Counted from the first letter of the stretch, positions 19,592 to 29,147 are shown. The stretch: 64,000 nucleotides of DNA from Candidatus Nanoarchaeia archaeon (GCA_038874075.1 JAVZDD010000001.1:136701-200700), one strand, 5' to 3'. Notes: generated from the letters alone by a model not told the origin. Translations and numbers: made by a program.

Positions 19592-21036
19592 CCCTTGCAT
19601 ACACCAATCGGTACCAACCTAACAACAAGTTTTCCTATTCCTGCTCGGTTACTGACATTGGCTACTTCATCGATGTCTTTGTAAGCGCCTGGTGCCTCTT
19701 CAGCGATCACTTCCCAAGAAGCTGCTCTGACTAAAATTCCTCTGTTCTCAAGTTCCTTTGCAACGGTTTTGCCCCAATACCTCCTTATCGCCTCATTTCT
19801 TGACATTTCTCTACCTGCACCATGCGCGGTTGAATAGAAGGTTTTCTGGGCTTCTTTGTTGCCAACGAGCACATAACTTGCCGTTCCCATGCAGCCTGGT
19901 ATCAAAACTGGTTGGCCAACACTTTGATAAGCTGCTGGTATATCTGGGTGTCCTGGTGGAAACGCTCTTGTTGCCCCTTTCCTATGAACAAAACATTTTA
20001 TTCTTTTTCCATCAATTTCGTGTTCCTCAATCTTTGCAATGTTATGAGCGACATCATAAATTAATTTTAAACCCATTTTTTCAGCATCTTTTTTGAAGAT
20101 TTCCTGAAAACTTTCTCTTACCCAATGTAAAATCATCTGTCGATTACACCAAGCATAATTGGCTGCGGCGCACATTGCGCTAAAATAACTATCTGCCAAT
20201 TCGCTATTTGATGGTGCATAAACTAATTCCCTATCGGGAAGCTTCGAAATTACTTCGTGATATTTTCGCTCTATCTCTCTCAAGTAATCACTACATACTT
20301 GATGACCCAAACCTCTTGAACCTGTGTGGATCATCACAGTTATTTGATTCTCTTCTTCTATACCAAATGTTTTTGCAACATTTTGATCATATATCTTATC
20401 GACCCTCTGAATTTCGAGAAAATGATTACCTGCGCCTAAACTGCCAAGTTGTGGCATACCTCTCTGTTTTGCATTATTGGAAACTTTTTTGGGATCAGCT
20501 TCTTCCATACATCCCTCCTCTTCCATATGCTTAATGTCTTCTTCCCAACCATAACCATTCTCTACAGCCCACTTTGCTCCAAGTCTTAGTACCTCATCTA
20601 ATTCATTCAATGAATGGACTTTCACCTTTCCTTTGCTTCCAACTCCAGATGGCACATTTCTAAATATTTTCTCCAGTAATTCTTTTAACACTGGACGAAT
20701 ATCGTTCTCCTTAAAATTAGTCCTAATTAAGCGAACACCACAGTTTATATCGTATCCAACTCCACCAGGACTAATACAACCTTCTTCATAATCTATGGCC
20801 GCTACACCACCAATTGGAAAACCATAACCTTCATGCCCATCTGGTAGTGTAATTGAATACTTGTGGATTCCTGGTAAGCAAGCAACACCTGCTGCTTGAA
20901 TCAATGTTCTATCCTGCTTCATTTTTTCTAGTAGCTTTGGACTTGCAATCACTAGGCCAGGCACTTTCATTCCTGGAATTGTACTTTGTGGTATCTCCCA
21001 TTCAATGTCATTTATTTTTTTCAATTGAATATCCAT
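19588..21036 (-). CDS. rtcB: RNA-splicing ligase RtcB
   Basis: GVACLPGIHKYSITLPDGHEGYGFPIGGVAA...GGVGYDINCGVR...HTGSRGLGHQV, the RtcB hallmarks; 482 aa. Confidence 0.95.
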   Translation of the reverse strand: MDIQLKKINDIEWEIPQSTIPGMKVPGLVIASPKLLEKMKQDRTLIQAAGVACLPGIHKYSITLPDGHEGYGFPIGGVAAIDYEEGCISPGGVGYDINCGVRLIRTNFKENDIRPVLKELLEKIFRNVPSGVGSKGKVKVHSLNELDEVLRLGAKWAVENGYGWEEDIKHMEEEGCMEEADPKKVSNNAKQRGMPQLGSLGAGNHFLEIQRVDKIYDQNVAKTFGIEEENQITVMIHTGSRGLGHQVCSDYLREIERKYHEVISKLPDRELVYAPSNSELADSYFSAMCAAANYAWCNRQMILHWVRESFQEIFKKDAEKMGLKLIYDVAHNIAKIEEHEIDGKRIKCFVHRKGATRAFPPGHPDIPAAYQSVGQPVLIPGCMGTASYVLVGNKEAQKTFYSTAHGAGREMSRNEAIRRYWGKTVAKELENRGILVRAASWEVIAEEAPGAYKDIDEVANVSNRAGIGKLVVRLVPIGVCKG

Positions 21037-21097
21037 AAGATAAATTAAATAGGAAAAGATATATAAAGTTTATAAGTGAAAGTGGGGTTTCGTTAAT

Positions 21098-21886
21098 ATG
21101 AAAAGTATTGAGGGGAAACTAGTAAAAATTGAAGGCTTAGAGAACTTAATCGTTGTTGGAGACTTACATGGTGATTTTAATAGTTTTAAAAAAATTGTTG
21201 ATGAGTGGAGAAAACAAAAAGGTTACATCATTTTTCTTGGTGATTATGCAGACCGCGGTAGCAGTGGCTTAGAAATCATAGAAAGTCTGATGGAATTGAA
21301 GAAAGATAAGAACGTAATATTGCTCAAAGGGAATCATGAAGACTACGATAAGTATGGCCGACCTTCATTTTCACCATGTACTTTGATTCATGAAGTTGAG
21401 CAAAAAATGGGTGAATGGAAATCTTATTTTTCAAAAAAATTAGAACCATTCTTAAATGAATTGAACTTGGCTGCGATTGTAGATAAAATTTTATTTGTTC
21501 ATGGTGGTATAAGTTCAAGAATAAGAAGTATCGAAGATTTGAAGCATCCTAGTAAGCAAATAGAAGAAGATGTGATATGGAGTGATCCTAAAAGTGATTG
21601 TGGGAAAGGAGAATTCCCAAATTATAGAGGTGCTGGAGTCGAATTTGGTACAGACATTGTCCAAAAAGTGTTCAGTAAGTTGGGTGTGGATTTATTAATA
21701 AGAAGTCACCAACCCACGATTGCAAAGTATGGTCCATATTTTGCGTTAAATGACATGGTTATCATAATTTCCTCTACTGACATTTATGGGGGAATACCGC
21801 ATTACTTAAACATACCAGGAAACAAAATTGATGCAATTGCCAAAAATTCAAGAGAAATTTTGAAATACACAAAATTTTTACATTAA
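21098..21886 (+). CDS. PPP-family Ser/Thr phosphoprotein phosphatase / ApaH-like metallophosphoesterase
   Basis: GDLHGD, GDYADRG, GNHE motifs in canonical spacing. Confidence 0.8.
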   Translation: MKSIEGKLVKIEGLENLIVVGDLHGDFNSFKKIVDEWRKQKGYIIFLGDYADRGSSGLEIIESLMELKKDKNVILLKGNHEDYDKYGRPSFSPCTLIHEVEQKMGEWKSYFSKKLEPFLNELNLAAIVDKILFVHGGISSRIRSIEDLKHPSKQIEEDVIWSDPKSDCGKGEFPNYRGAGVEFGTDIVQKVFSKLGVDLLIRSHQPTIAKYGPYFALNDMVIIISSTDIYGGIPHYLNIPGNKIDAIAKNSREILKYTKFLH

Positions 21887-22308
21887 ATGTCTAAGACAAC
21901 ATGAACGAAGAAATTGGAATCTTTTTTTCCAATGTCCATATTAAAGTAAGTAACTGCTTTAATTGCTGTCCTTGGCTCATGTTTATTCTCATCAAATTTT
22001 TCACCCATTGCTCTTGCTTCCAGCTTCCACACACCAGTAGTTTTCCATATTTTTATCACCTTAACTTTACCAAAGACAAGATCTTCTGCGTCATGAAATA
22101 TTAGAAACTTCTCAAGAAAATCATAAAGTAGGCTCTTCATATCCTCACTTTGTATACTAATTTCTTTTGTTGTTTTCAATTCGACTTTCTTTGTATTTAC
22201 CATCACTTCTTGAAGTGCAATTGCAGCATTTTCGAATGCTTCCTCAATCGTTTTACCTTGGGCTTCGTATTCAACATCTGCTGTGTGTCTGAAAAATTTA
22301 ATTTTCAT
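21883..22308 (-). CDS. Archease (RtcB activator)
   Basis: MKIKFFRHTADVEYEAQGKTIEEAFENAAIAL, the archease N-terminal signature; 141 aa; near rtcB. Confidence 0.85.
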   Translation of the reverse strand: MKIKFFRHTADVEYEAQGKTIEEAFENAAIALQEVMVNTKKVELKTTKEISIQSEDMKSLLYDFLEKFLIFHDAEDLVFGKVKVIKIWKTTGVWKLEARAMGEKFDENKHEPRTAIKAVTYFNMDIGKKDSNFFVHVVLDI

Positions 22309-22748
22309 TTTCTCTTTGTTATTTTTAGGATGTAATTTTTAAACTCTTCTTTTTTCTCATCATCATTTAATCCAATTTGGGTTGCATATCTATATATTAT
22401 TTCTTCTATTCCATTTCCCTTAAAAACATTGTCTGTAGAAGCAATTGGCATATCATACAACAACGATGCAATTATTAAGCTCAGATCTGCAAGGTGCTTT
22501 TTTTTACGTTCTCTTATCTGCTTGTGATACTTATCATATACTTTCATTAAGAGTGTTTCAACAGAAGGTACTCCAGACTTCTTTGGTAATATTTTCAAAT
22601 TTTTCGGTATGCGTTTTTTTGGAATTTCGGCGTAGACCGTTTGTGTGGTGTAAATTTCTTTGTCTCTAAGAAAATCTGCCAATGTTGGATCTACTTTGTT
22701 AATATCATAAAATACGTTTGTATCAACCAAAACTGCATTTTTCTTCAT
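22305..22748 (-). CDS. PIN-domain protein (VapC-like), translationally coupled to archease
   Basis: AVLVDTNVF N-terminal PIN motif, conserved acidic residues (D9, E41, D88, D105); 4-nt overlap with the archease start. Confidence 0.65.
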   Translation of the reverse strand: MKKNAVLVDTNVFYDINKVDPTLADFLRDKEIYTTQTVYAEIPKKRIPKNLKILPKKSGVPSVETLLMKVYDKYHKQIRERKKKHLADLSLIIASLLYDMPIASTDNVFKGNGIEEIIYRYATQIGLNDDEKKEEFKNYILKITKRK

Positions 22749-22799
22749 AATTATAACTGAGAAGAAGTCATTTTATATTTTTAATGGAATATAATACTT

Positions 22800-23303
22800 A
22801 TGGATATGGATGATTATTATGATAAAATAGCCAGGGGCTATGATGAACTTTACTTTGAAGAGCAAATGGACAAGTTAGAAAAGATTGAGAAGTTCGTAAA
22901 GTTTGATAAAGAGGATGTTGTACTTGACATTGGCTGCGGGACAGGTAAGATAACAAAGATAATAAAAGACAAAGTAAAGATGATTATCGGTATTGATATA
23001 TCAAGAGAAATGGCAAGGCTAACAAAAAAGAATCTCGTACCTTGCATTGTAGCAGATGCTGAAAATTTACCTTTCAAGAGGAATAAATTTGATAAAATTA
23101 TTTGTCTAACAGTAATACAGAATATTGAAGATCAGAAAATGGCAATAAATGAGATGGAAAGGGTCTGCAAAAAAGGTGGGATGATAATACTGACGATGAT
23201 GAAAAGAAGCAAGCGGGTCCACTTCTTGAGATACTTAATGGATAAGGGTACTTTATTTATTGGAGACATTGGTAAGGATTTTTTATTTATTTTGAAATTT
23301 TAG
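22800..23303 (+). CDS. Class I SAM-dependent methyltransferase
   Basis: VLDIGCGTGKIT motif I; acidic motif II; UbiE/small-MTase-like, 167 aa. Confidence 0.75.
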   Translation: MDMDDYYDKIARGYDELYFEEQMDKLEKIEKFVKFDKEDVVLDIGCGTGKITKIIKDKVKMIIGIDISREMARLTKKNLVPCIVADAENLPFKRNKFDKIICLTVIQNIEDQKMAINEMERVCKKGGMIILTMMKRSKRVHFLRYLMDKGTLFIGDIGKDFLFILKF

Positions 23304-23967
23304 GAAAATACTGGAGAATTTCACTTAGATTGTTCTTGTTTATGATAACATCCGCCACTTTTTTCAATCTTGCGTCGTTGGAATTAAATGCAATTGAAAA
23401 TGCACATTTCTTAAAAAGTAAATAGTCATTCCAACTATCTCCAATTGCTGCGCATTCATCTAACTTTATATTAAACTTTTTACATATTTTGATTAAACTT
23501 TTGAACTTTCCAACGAAATCCTTTCTATGAAAATCAGAATTTACATCTACACCAATCAGGTTTCCTCTTTGATCAAAAATTGCCTTACTACCGTGAATCA
23601 CTTCATCGACTCCTAATATTTTTTTAATGTTAATTGATACGTCTAGGCTTCCGGATATTACAACGATTTTGTACCCTCTTTTTTTCAGTTCATGAATTGT
23701 TTTTCTCACACCAGGATTAAGTTGTAGCATCACTTTTTTAAAAAAATTGAGTAAGTGGGTCTTCTTTGGTTTTGCATTTTTTATCCAGATTTTTATGATA
23801 ATTTCTGCCCACTTCTTATATGTAATCTTGTTTGCCATATACATATTAAAATATTTTTTGTCCTCTTCTTCACTAATACCAAATTTCTTATTAAGCGTAA
23901 ACCAACTAGATGAATTTTTTGTTAATATCCCTTCCAAGTCAAAAACAATCAATCTTATTTTTCTCAT
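23287..23967 (-). CDS. HAD-superfamily hydrolase, phosphoserine phosphatase (SerB)-like
   Basis: LIVFDLEGILT (DxDxT), KIVVISGS, AIGDSWNDYLLFK motifs. Confidence 0.75.
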   Translation of the reverse strand: MRKIRLIVFDLEGILTKNSSSWFTLNKKFGISEEEDKKYFNMYMANKITYKKWAEIIIKIWIKNAKPKKTHLLNFFKKVMLQLNPGVRKTIHELKKRGYKIVVISGSLDVSINIKKILGVDEVIHGSKAIFDQRGNLIGVDVNSDFHRKDFVGKFKSLIKICKKFNIKLDECAAIGDSWNDYLLFKKCAFSIAFNSNDARLKKVADVIINKNNLSEILQYFPKISK

Positions 23968-24557
23968 TTTGTTTTTGTCCTAGAAACTACTTTTGGACCA
24001 AATAGTAAAAATATGGGTGGAGTTAATAGCTCAGTTAATGTATTTAACGATTTAAAAATTTCTTCTTCATCTGTTTGTTTTAATTTATTTACATCAATGA
24101 ATAGTCTTGGTTTTCTTGGCCTTGAAATTACACTCATGTCTGGGAACCCAAGTTCTCTTGGATAAGTAAGATCTTCGATGCTTGGTACATCGTCAAAGAT
24201 ATGCGTATGGTGTATTATCACATAAAAATTGTCTTTTTTGAGCAAGGATTGCAGCGCTTGGTCTTCTTCATAATTACAATAAACTCCATCGATGTCTCTA
24301 TCAACGATCACACCCAAATCCTCAAGTTTTTCAGTAGATAAAGTTTTGATTTCAGAATCTTTATATGCAAACAAATCATATCTCTCCTTTCTTTCTTTCA
24401 ATGATTTCTCTAGGGAAGCATCCATCTCATTTATAATTTCAGTTGGAAGCGATGGTTCTGGATAGATTATAAATTTTTGAAATGTTTGCGCAGCTTCTAA
24501 AACTCTTTTATACATACCAAATGGCTTAACATTCAAATTTAACCTCATTAGAAGCAC
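23964..24557 (-). CDS. Hypothetical protein (197 aa)
   Basis: ORF with coding-like composition. Contains a near-JAMM HTH-x6-S-xx-D string, but the spacing is off by one, so no confident family call. Confidence 0.3.
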   Translation of the reverse strand: MLLMRLNLNVKPFGMYKRVLEAAQTFQKFIIYPEPSLPTEIINEMDASLEKSLKERKERYDLFAYKDSEIKTLSTEKLEDLGVIVDRDIDGVYCNYEEDQALQSLLKKDNFYVIIHHTHIFDDVPSIEDLTYPRELGFPDMSVISRPRKPRLFIDVNKLKQTDEEEIFKSLNTLTELLTPPIFLLFGPKVVSRTKTK

Positions 24558-24586
24558 ATAGAATCAAGCGTATTTAAAAATTTCCA

Positions 24587-24671
24587 CGCCAGGGCTGGGA
24601 TTCGAACCCAGGCAGGGCAGAAGCCCAACAAGCTTAGCAGGCTTGCCCCTTAACCGCTTGGGTACCCTGGC
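24587..24671 (-). tRNA. tRNA-Ser (anticodon GCU), long variable arm
   Basis: Reverse complement folds as GCCAGGG..CAAGC-CUGCUAA-GCUUG..long variable arm..CUGGG-UUCGAAU-CCCAG-CCCUGGC-G; anticodon GCU. Confidence 0.85.
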
Positions 24672-24722
24672 ACTTATTATTTAATGTAAAGGATTTAAAT
24701 CAATTTTGCTTTATTAATTTAT

Positions 24723-26678
24723 ATGGTTAAGATAAAATCGATTTGTCCTCACTGTGGATGTGGTTGCTATCTTCTATATGAAGTTGAAAATGGAAAATTA
24801 ATTAAAGTTTATCCGGATAAAAGTGATCCAGTAAGTGAAGGTAAACCTTGTATTAAGGGTTTGACTTGTTATGAAGCAATATATGAGGGTAGAATAAAGC
24901 AACCAATGATAAGAGAAAAAAAGAATTCGGAACTAAGACCTGTTTCTTGGAGGGAAGCGATTGATTTTATTTATGAAAAAACGAAGGGTATTGCACCAGA
25001 GGAAATATTTTTTAATGCATCTGGAAAAACAACGAATGAAAATAATTATATTATCCAAAAGTTTGCTAGAATTGTTTTTAAGACAAATAATGTTGATAAC
25101 TGCTGTGGTCGCCTCTGTCATTTGGCAACCGTACTCGCCGTAAAGCAAACATATGGTACTTCTATAAATCCATATTACATGAATGACTTGAGAGAATTGG
25201 ATTGTATTTTTTTAATAGGAACAAATCCAAGATCAAATTATCCGGTGGCGTTTAATAGGATTTTAGATGCAAAGAAGAAGGGTGCAAAGATAATTTCAGT
25301 ACAAAGTGTATTAAATTTGACCTCTGAATTCGCAGATCTACCAGTAACGATCGCGCATGGGACTGAGCTTGTACTCTTGAATGGTATCATAAATTTCTTA
25401 ATCAAAAATAAATTTTATGATAAGGAAGTAGAAAGCATACATGGTTTTTCTGAACTTTGTAGTACGGTTGAAAAATACGAACCTAGTTTGGTTTGTGAAA
25501 CGTGTGAAATCGATAGAAAAACATTCGATGAGATTACGAGAATGGTCAAAGAATCAAAAAATTTTGGATTAATGCACGGTATGGGAGTCACGCAGCATGT
25601 GAATGGAATAGAGAATGTTTTTGGGTTATTAAATCTAGTTCTATTGAAAAAAGGTAAGATATTGTCACTCAGGGGAGAGGTGAACGTGCAAGGCGCAGGA
25701 AATATGGGATGTCTACCTGAATTTTTACCCATTGGTCCGATGGTACTTTATAAAAAACTTGAAGAAATTTGGAATTATAAGTTGTCTTACAATAAGGGGA
25801 GGTCAATCACAGAAGCACTATTGATAAGTCCGGTCAAGGTTGCTTTTATTACAGAAATGAATCCCGCGCAGTCATTACCAAACTTAAATCAGGTACATAA
25901 AAACCTTAGAAAAATGTTTTTAGTTTACATAAATCCATTCTTCAATATTACTTCAACATTTGCAGATGTGATACTTCCATGCCCAACGATCATTGAAGAA
26001 ACAGGTACTATCACAAATGGTGAAGGTAGAATAAGGTTGGTAAACAAAGTGATTGAACCGTTTGGAGAGTCTAAATCTGTTTGGAAAATAATGAAGGAAT
26101 TAGCAGTTAAATATGGTCATGAAAAATATTTTAATTATGAAAGTGAAAGACAGATTTTCAATGAAATTACGCAGGTGATAAAAGACTACGAAGTTGATGC
26201 TGATAAGGTCTATTCTGGAGAAGAAGCGTTCATGAATAAAAAAATTAGATTTCTTAGATTTAATCCAAGTGAATTTGAGGGAGTAGAAGTAGTTAGGAGT
26301 AAAGAGTATCCATTCATCCTTGTAACTGCAAGGTCCCAGTTCCATTTTTTAACTGGAGACATCACAAGTAGATGTCCAACATTATTAAAGATGGAAAAAG
26401 AGGCACATTGTTTAATAAATAGTAAGGATGCTGGGGAACTTGGTGTCAAGGATGGAGAATTTGTAATCGTTGAATCAAGTAGTGGACAAATCAGAGTAAA
26501 ATTGAAAATAGATAATAGAATCCCGGATAAGACGATAGTAATTCCATTCCATTTCAGAAATGTACTTGTAAACAAATTGATGCCAACCCAATTTGATGAA
26601 AAAACATTCACACCAAATTATAAAGTGGTAGCAGTAAGAATAAGAAAAAAAGAAGAAGATTATTTTTCTATTGGATAG
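24723..26678 (+). CDS. Molybdopterin oxidoreductase, formate dehydrogenase-H (FdhF)-like catalytic subunit, cysteine type
   Basis: N-terminal CPHCGCGCYL...C 4Fe-4S motif. SWREAIDFI, FNASGKTTNE, VDNCCGRLCHLAT (Cys at the Sec/Cys position), and IFLIGTNPRSNYPVAFNRILDAKKKGAKII closely parallel FdhF. Confidence 0.8.
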   Translation: MVKIKSICPHCGCGCYLLYEVENGKLIKVYPDKSDPVSEGKPCIKGLTCYEAIYEGRIKQPMIREKKNSELRPVSWREAIDFIYEKTKGIAPEEIFFNASGKTTNENNYIIQKFARIVFKTNNVDNCCGRLCHLATVLAVKQTYGTSINPYYMNDLRELDCIFLIGTNPRSNYPVAFNRILDAKKKGAKIISVQSVLNLTSEFADLPVTIAHGTELVLLNGIINFLIKNKFYDKEVESIHGFSELCSTVEKYEPSLVCETCEIDRKTFDEITRMVKESKNFGLMHGMGVTQHVNGIENVFGLLNLVLLKKGKILSLRGEVNVQGAGNMGCLPEFLPIGPMVLYKKLEEIWNYKLSYNKGRSITEALLISPVKVAFITEMNPAQSLPNLNQVHKNLRKMFLVYINPFFNITSTFADVILPCPTIIEETGTITNGEGRIRLVNKVIEPFGESKSVWKIMKELAVKYGHEKYFNYESERQIFNEITQVIKDYEVDADKVYSGEEAFMNKKIRFLRFNPSEFEGVEVVRSKEYPFILVTARSQFHFLTGDITSRCPTLLKMEKEAHCLINSKDAGELGVKDGEFVIVESSSGQIRVKLKIDNRIPDKTIVIPFHFRNVLVNKLMPTQFDEKTFTPNYKVVAVRIRKKEEDYFSIG

Positions 26679-26827
26679 TTATCTATCTTTCCCCACCAGA
26701 ACATGTCTTTTATGCAATAGTATCCCCAACATCCCAACCAGCGGACTGCCAGGTCATCACCGCATTTTGGACACTTTTTAGGTACAAATGTAATCTTGAT
26801 TTCTTTTTCTTTCAAAGATTTTTTCAT
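26679..26827 (-). CDS. Small zinc-ribbon-like ORF (49 aa), below the ORF-track length cutoff
   Basis: Hand translation MKKSLKEKEIKITFVPKKCPKCGDDLAVRWLGCWGYYCIKDMFWWGKIDN with CxxC...C..C. Lies between the fdh-like gene and tRNA-Trp. Confidence 0.3.
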
Positions 26828-26840
26828 TTCATCACCTTAA

Positions 26841-26944
26841 TGGGGCTGCAGGGATTTGAACCCTGGTTTTTGGGTTTCTTCATCTTTAAATCTGCGCTCC
26901 AGTCTGCTGGAGCCCAATGTCCTACCGTGCTAGACTACAGCCCC
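26841..26944 (-). tRNA. tRNA-Trp (anticodon CCA) with an about 31-nt intron at the canonical 37/38 position
   Basis: Reverse complement GGGGCUG..UUGGG-CUCCAG[CAGACUGGAGCGCAGAUUUAAAGAUGAAGAA]A-CCCAA..CAGGG-UUCAAAU-CCCUG-CAGCCCC-A. The intron 5-prime end (CUGGAG) pairs with the anticodon region (CUCCAG), as in BHB-type introns. Confidence 0.8.
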
Positions 26945-26961
26945 ATATAAAAATATTAAGC

Positions 26962-28152
26962 TCATTTTTTAAACTTTAAGTTTATCGTTAATACAAGTAT
27001 AATAAATGAAAGCACTGCACAAAAAAGAAATGTTTTCGTATAACTAACTCTTTGGAGTAAAAAACCACCGATCAATGGTCCAGCGAATATCCCAATATCT
27101 TGTAACATTGAAAATAGACCTGTAAAAATACCACGTTGCTCATTCTTTGATATATCAACAATAATTGAATTGGTACTCAGATAAAAAATGATGTTCGAAA
27201 GGCTTATTATACCAAGTAGCAAAAAAATGATAAAGATGTTTTTAAAGAGTGGGAATAGCAAGAAAGAAATAATGTAAAGTACACAAACAATTACAATTGC
27301 ATATTTTTTTCCTCTTAAATCAATAAATTCTCCAATTTTGATTTCTGAAAATATAATTGGAAGCGTTGTTAATGCGATCAGGATCCCAATGTATTCATAG
27401 CTTAGACCCATCTCATTCAAAAAAATTGGTAAGAAATTGTTAAAGAAGCTCCATATAGAAAAAAATAAGATTATAATTAATGAAAAGGGAAGGAAAAAAT
27501 GGAACAAATTTTTTATTTGTGATATATCCTCTTTTATCAATGTGATAATGCTGTGTTTTGTTGTTATTTTCAAATCTGGAAGTTTAAAGTGCACGACCAC
27601 AAGAAGCATCAAACAGATCAAACTTAACAAATAAAATGGAAGTTGCCAATAAAAGAGCGCAATAAATCCACCAATTATCGGTGCTGTTGTACTTGCCAAA
27701 TCTGAGAAGAAAGAAAAGATACTTATTCCCTCTGTTTCATATCTTTTTTGGATTGTTCTCCTTAAATAAGTCCAAACCGAATTCCAAAATAAAACTGCAA
27801 CTATCGCATGTACAACCCTTATAATTACTAATTGTCGGAATTCATTAACAAGTGCATAAAAAATGATTAAAGGCACATATATTGTAAGAGAAAAAATTAT
27901 TATCTTTTTTAAGCTATACCTATCACAGATTAAACCTACTGGTAAATCAAATATTACTCTAACTAAACCAAAAATTGAAAATATAAATCCGGTTAGTAAG
28001 ACATCTTTAGTGATTTGTTGAATTCTGATTGAAAAGATGGGAGTAAGCAAACCCCAACCAAAAGAATATAAGAATATAATAAGAAAGAATATCATTAATT
28101 GCATGTATTTCTTCTTTTTCAATATTCCAAAATAGTACTCAACGAAAACCAT
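26962..28152 (-). CDS. Major facilitator superfamily transporter
   Basis: 396 aa, about 12 predicted TM segments, MFS-like loop motifs (GLICDRYSLKK). Confidence 0.75.
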   Translation of the reverse strand: MVFVEYYFGILKKKKYMQLMIFFLIIFLYSFGWGLLTPIFSIRIQQITKDVLLTGFIFSIFGLVRVIFDLPVGLICDRYSLKKIIIFSLTIYVPLIIFYALVNEFRQLVIIRVVHAIVAVLFWNSVWTYLRRTIQKRYETEGISIFSFFSDLASTTAPIIGGFIALFYWQLPFYLLSLICLMLLVVVHFKLPDLKITTKHSIITLIKEDISQIKNLFHFFLPFSLIIILFFSIWSFFNNFLPIFLNEMGLSYEYIGILIALTTLPIIFSEIKIGEFIDLRGKKYAIVIVCVLYIISFLLFPLFKNIFIIFLLLGIISLSNIIFYLSTNSIIVDISKNEQRGIFTGLFSMLQDIGIFAGPLIGGFLLQRVSYTKTFLFCAVLSFIILVLTINLKFKK

Positions 28153-28247
28153 TTTTTATCCCAAGTTCAAAGAATTTTAAAATAAATTCAAATTTTTAAA
28201 CATAGTTATTAGGGATAAACACATCATCAAGTGAATAATTTTAGTCA

Positions 28248-29147
28248 TTAATGCAATTCTTTGAATATGAGTTTGTTTTTTCTTCCCTTTCTTTCTTTTA
28301 TTATTATGTCCTTTTTAACAAGATCGGTTACGATTCTTGTCATTTTAGCTCTGGAAAGCTTGAGTTCTTTTCTTATTTTATTTTGATATTCAAATTTCCT
28401 TTCCATTAAAATTTGCACTACTTTTCTTTCATCTTCGCTAAATCCTTTTAAAAAGTAGGTGCTTCTTTTTTTATAAAAGTAGTAAATAAAAATTATTGAT
28501 ATGGTAACTATAAGTAGTATGAAAAATAGGAATATTTCAAGATTGAACATTGGTTCAAAATAAACTGAGAATGGAATTTCACCTTTTACATCGTACATAT
28601 TCCAACAAACAATAATTTTTTCCCCATCTGTACTCATGACACCATTTCTTGGAAAGAAACCTCCGTGAGAAATTTTAGTTCCACTTGGTAATTTGAAGCA
28701 TAAATTGAATCTCGGTGTCTCAATGGGAATTTGAACTATTGTGAAGAACAGATATTCCTCATTCCTTGTGATTAGGTCGTTCTTCCAAAATCTGATTTTT
28801 ATGTCAGTACAATTTTTTGGATAAATGTTGATATAAGAAGTACCATTAACAAAAGATACATCAAATTCTAGCCTTTTATCATTACACAGTACATAAACAT
28901 CATTTACATCCCCAAATATTACATAAGTAATCTTATCCTCAGTTAAATCTCTGATCTCAAGCTGAACAAATTCTAAAATTTTATTGTAATTGATCGCCTC
29001 CAATACAATCTCATAGTTTTGTATGGAGAAAGCATGAGTGTACGAAAATAAATAAAGAAAAATAAAAAATAAAGATAAATTCCTCAATGTCTTTGACATA
29101 TTTCTATTAATGAATTTGGCTTTATTTAAATCGTTTGATTTGGACAT
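28248..29147 (-). CDS. Membrane-anchored protein with signal peptide, extracytoplasmic domain, one TM helix and a C-terminal cytoplasmic winged-HTH
   Basis: N-terminal LSLFFIFLYLFSYTHAFS; TM IFLFFILLIVTISIIFIYYFY; C-terminal SEDERKVVQILMERKFEYQNKIRKELKLSRAKMTRIVTDLVKKDIIIKERKGRKNKLI resembling MarR/TrmB-type HTH. Confidence 0.5.
   Translation of the reverse strand: MSKSNDLNKAKFINRNMSKTLRNLSLFFIFLYLFSYTHAFSIQNYEIVLEAINYNKILEFVQLEIRDLTEDKITYVIFGDVNDVYVLCNDKRLEFDVSFVNGTSYINIYPKNCTDIKIRFWKNDLITRNEEYLFFTIVQIPIETPRFNLCFKLPSGTKISHGGFFPRNGVMSTDGEKIIVCWNMYDVKGEIPFSVYFEPMFNLEIFLFFILLIVTISIIFIYYFYKKRSTYFLKGFSEDERKVVQILMERKFEYQNKIRKELKLSRAKMTRIVTDLVKKDIIIKERKGRKNKLIFKELH

Noticed and set aside
23964-24557. 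JAMM/MPN metalloprotease motif (HTH-IFDDVP-S-IE-D) in the 197-aa protein
   Set aside because: Spacing between the HxH and the Ser is one residue short of the canonical H-x-H-x7-S-x2-D, and there is no clear upstream Glu; too weak to call.
22305-24671. Possible integrated element next to tRNA-Ser (PIN, MTase, HAD, hypothetical)
   Set aside because: No integrase, no direct repeat of the tRNA 3-prime end, and genes look like ordinary metabolic/housekeeping functions.
26841-26944. tRNA-Trp intron as a box C/D sRNA host
   Set aside because: The intron is only about 31 nt and lacks properly ordered C (RUGAUGA) and D (CUGA) boxes.
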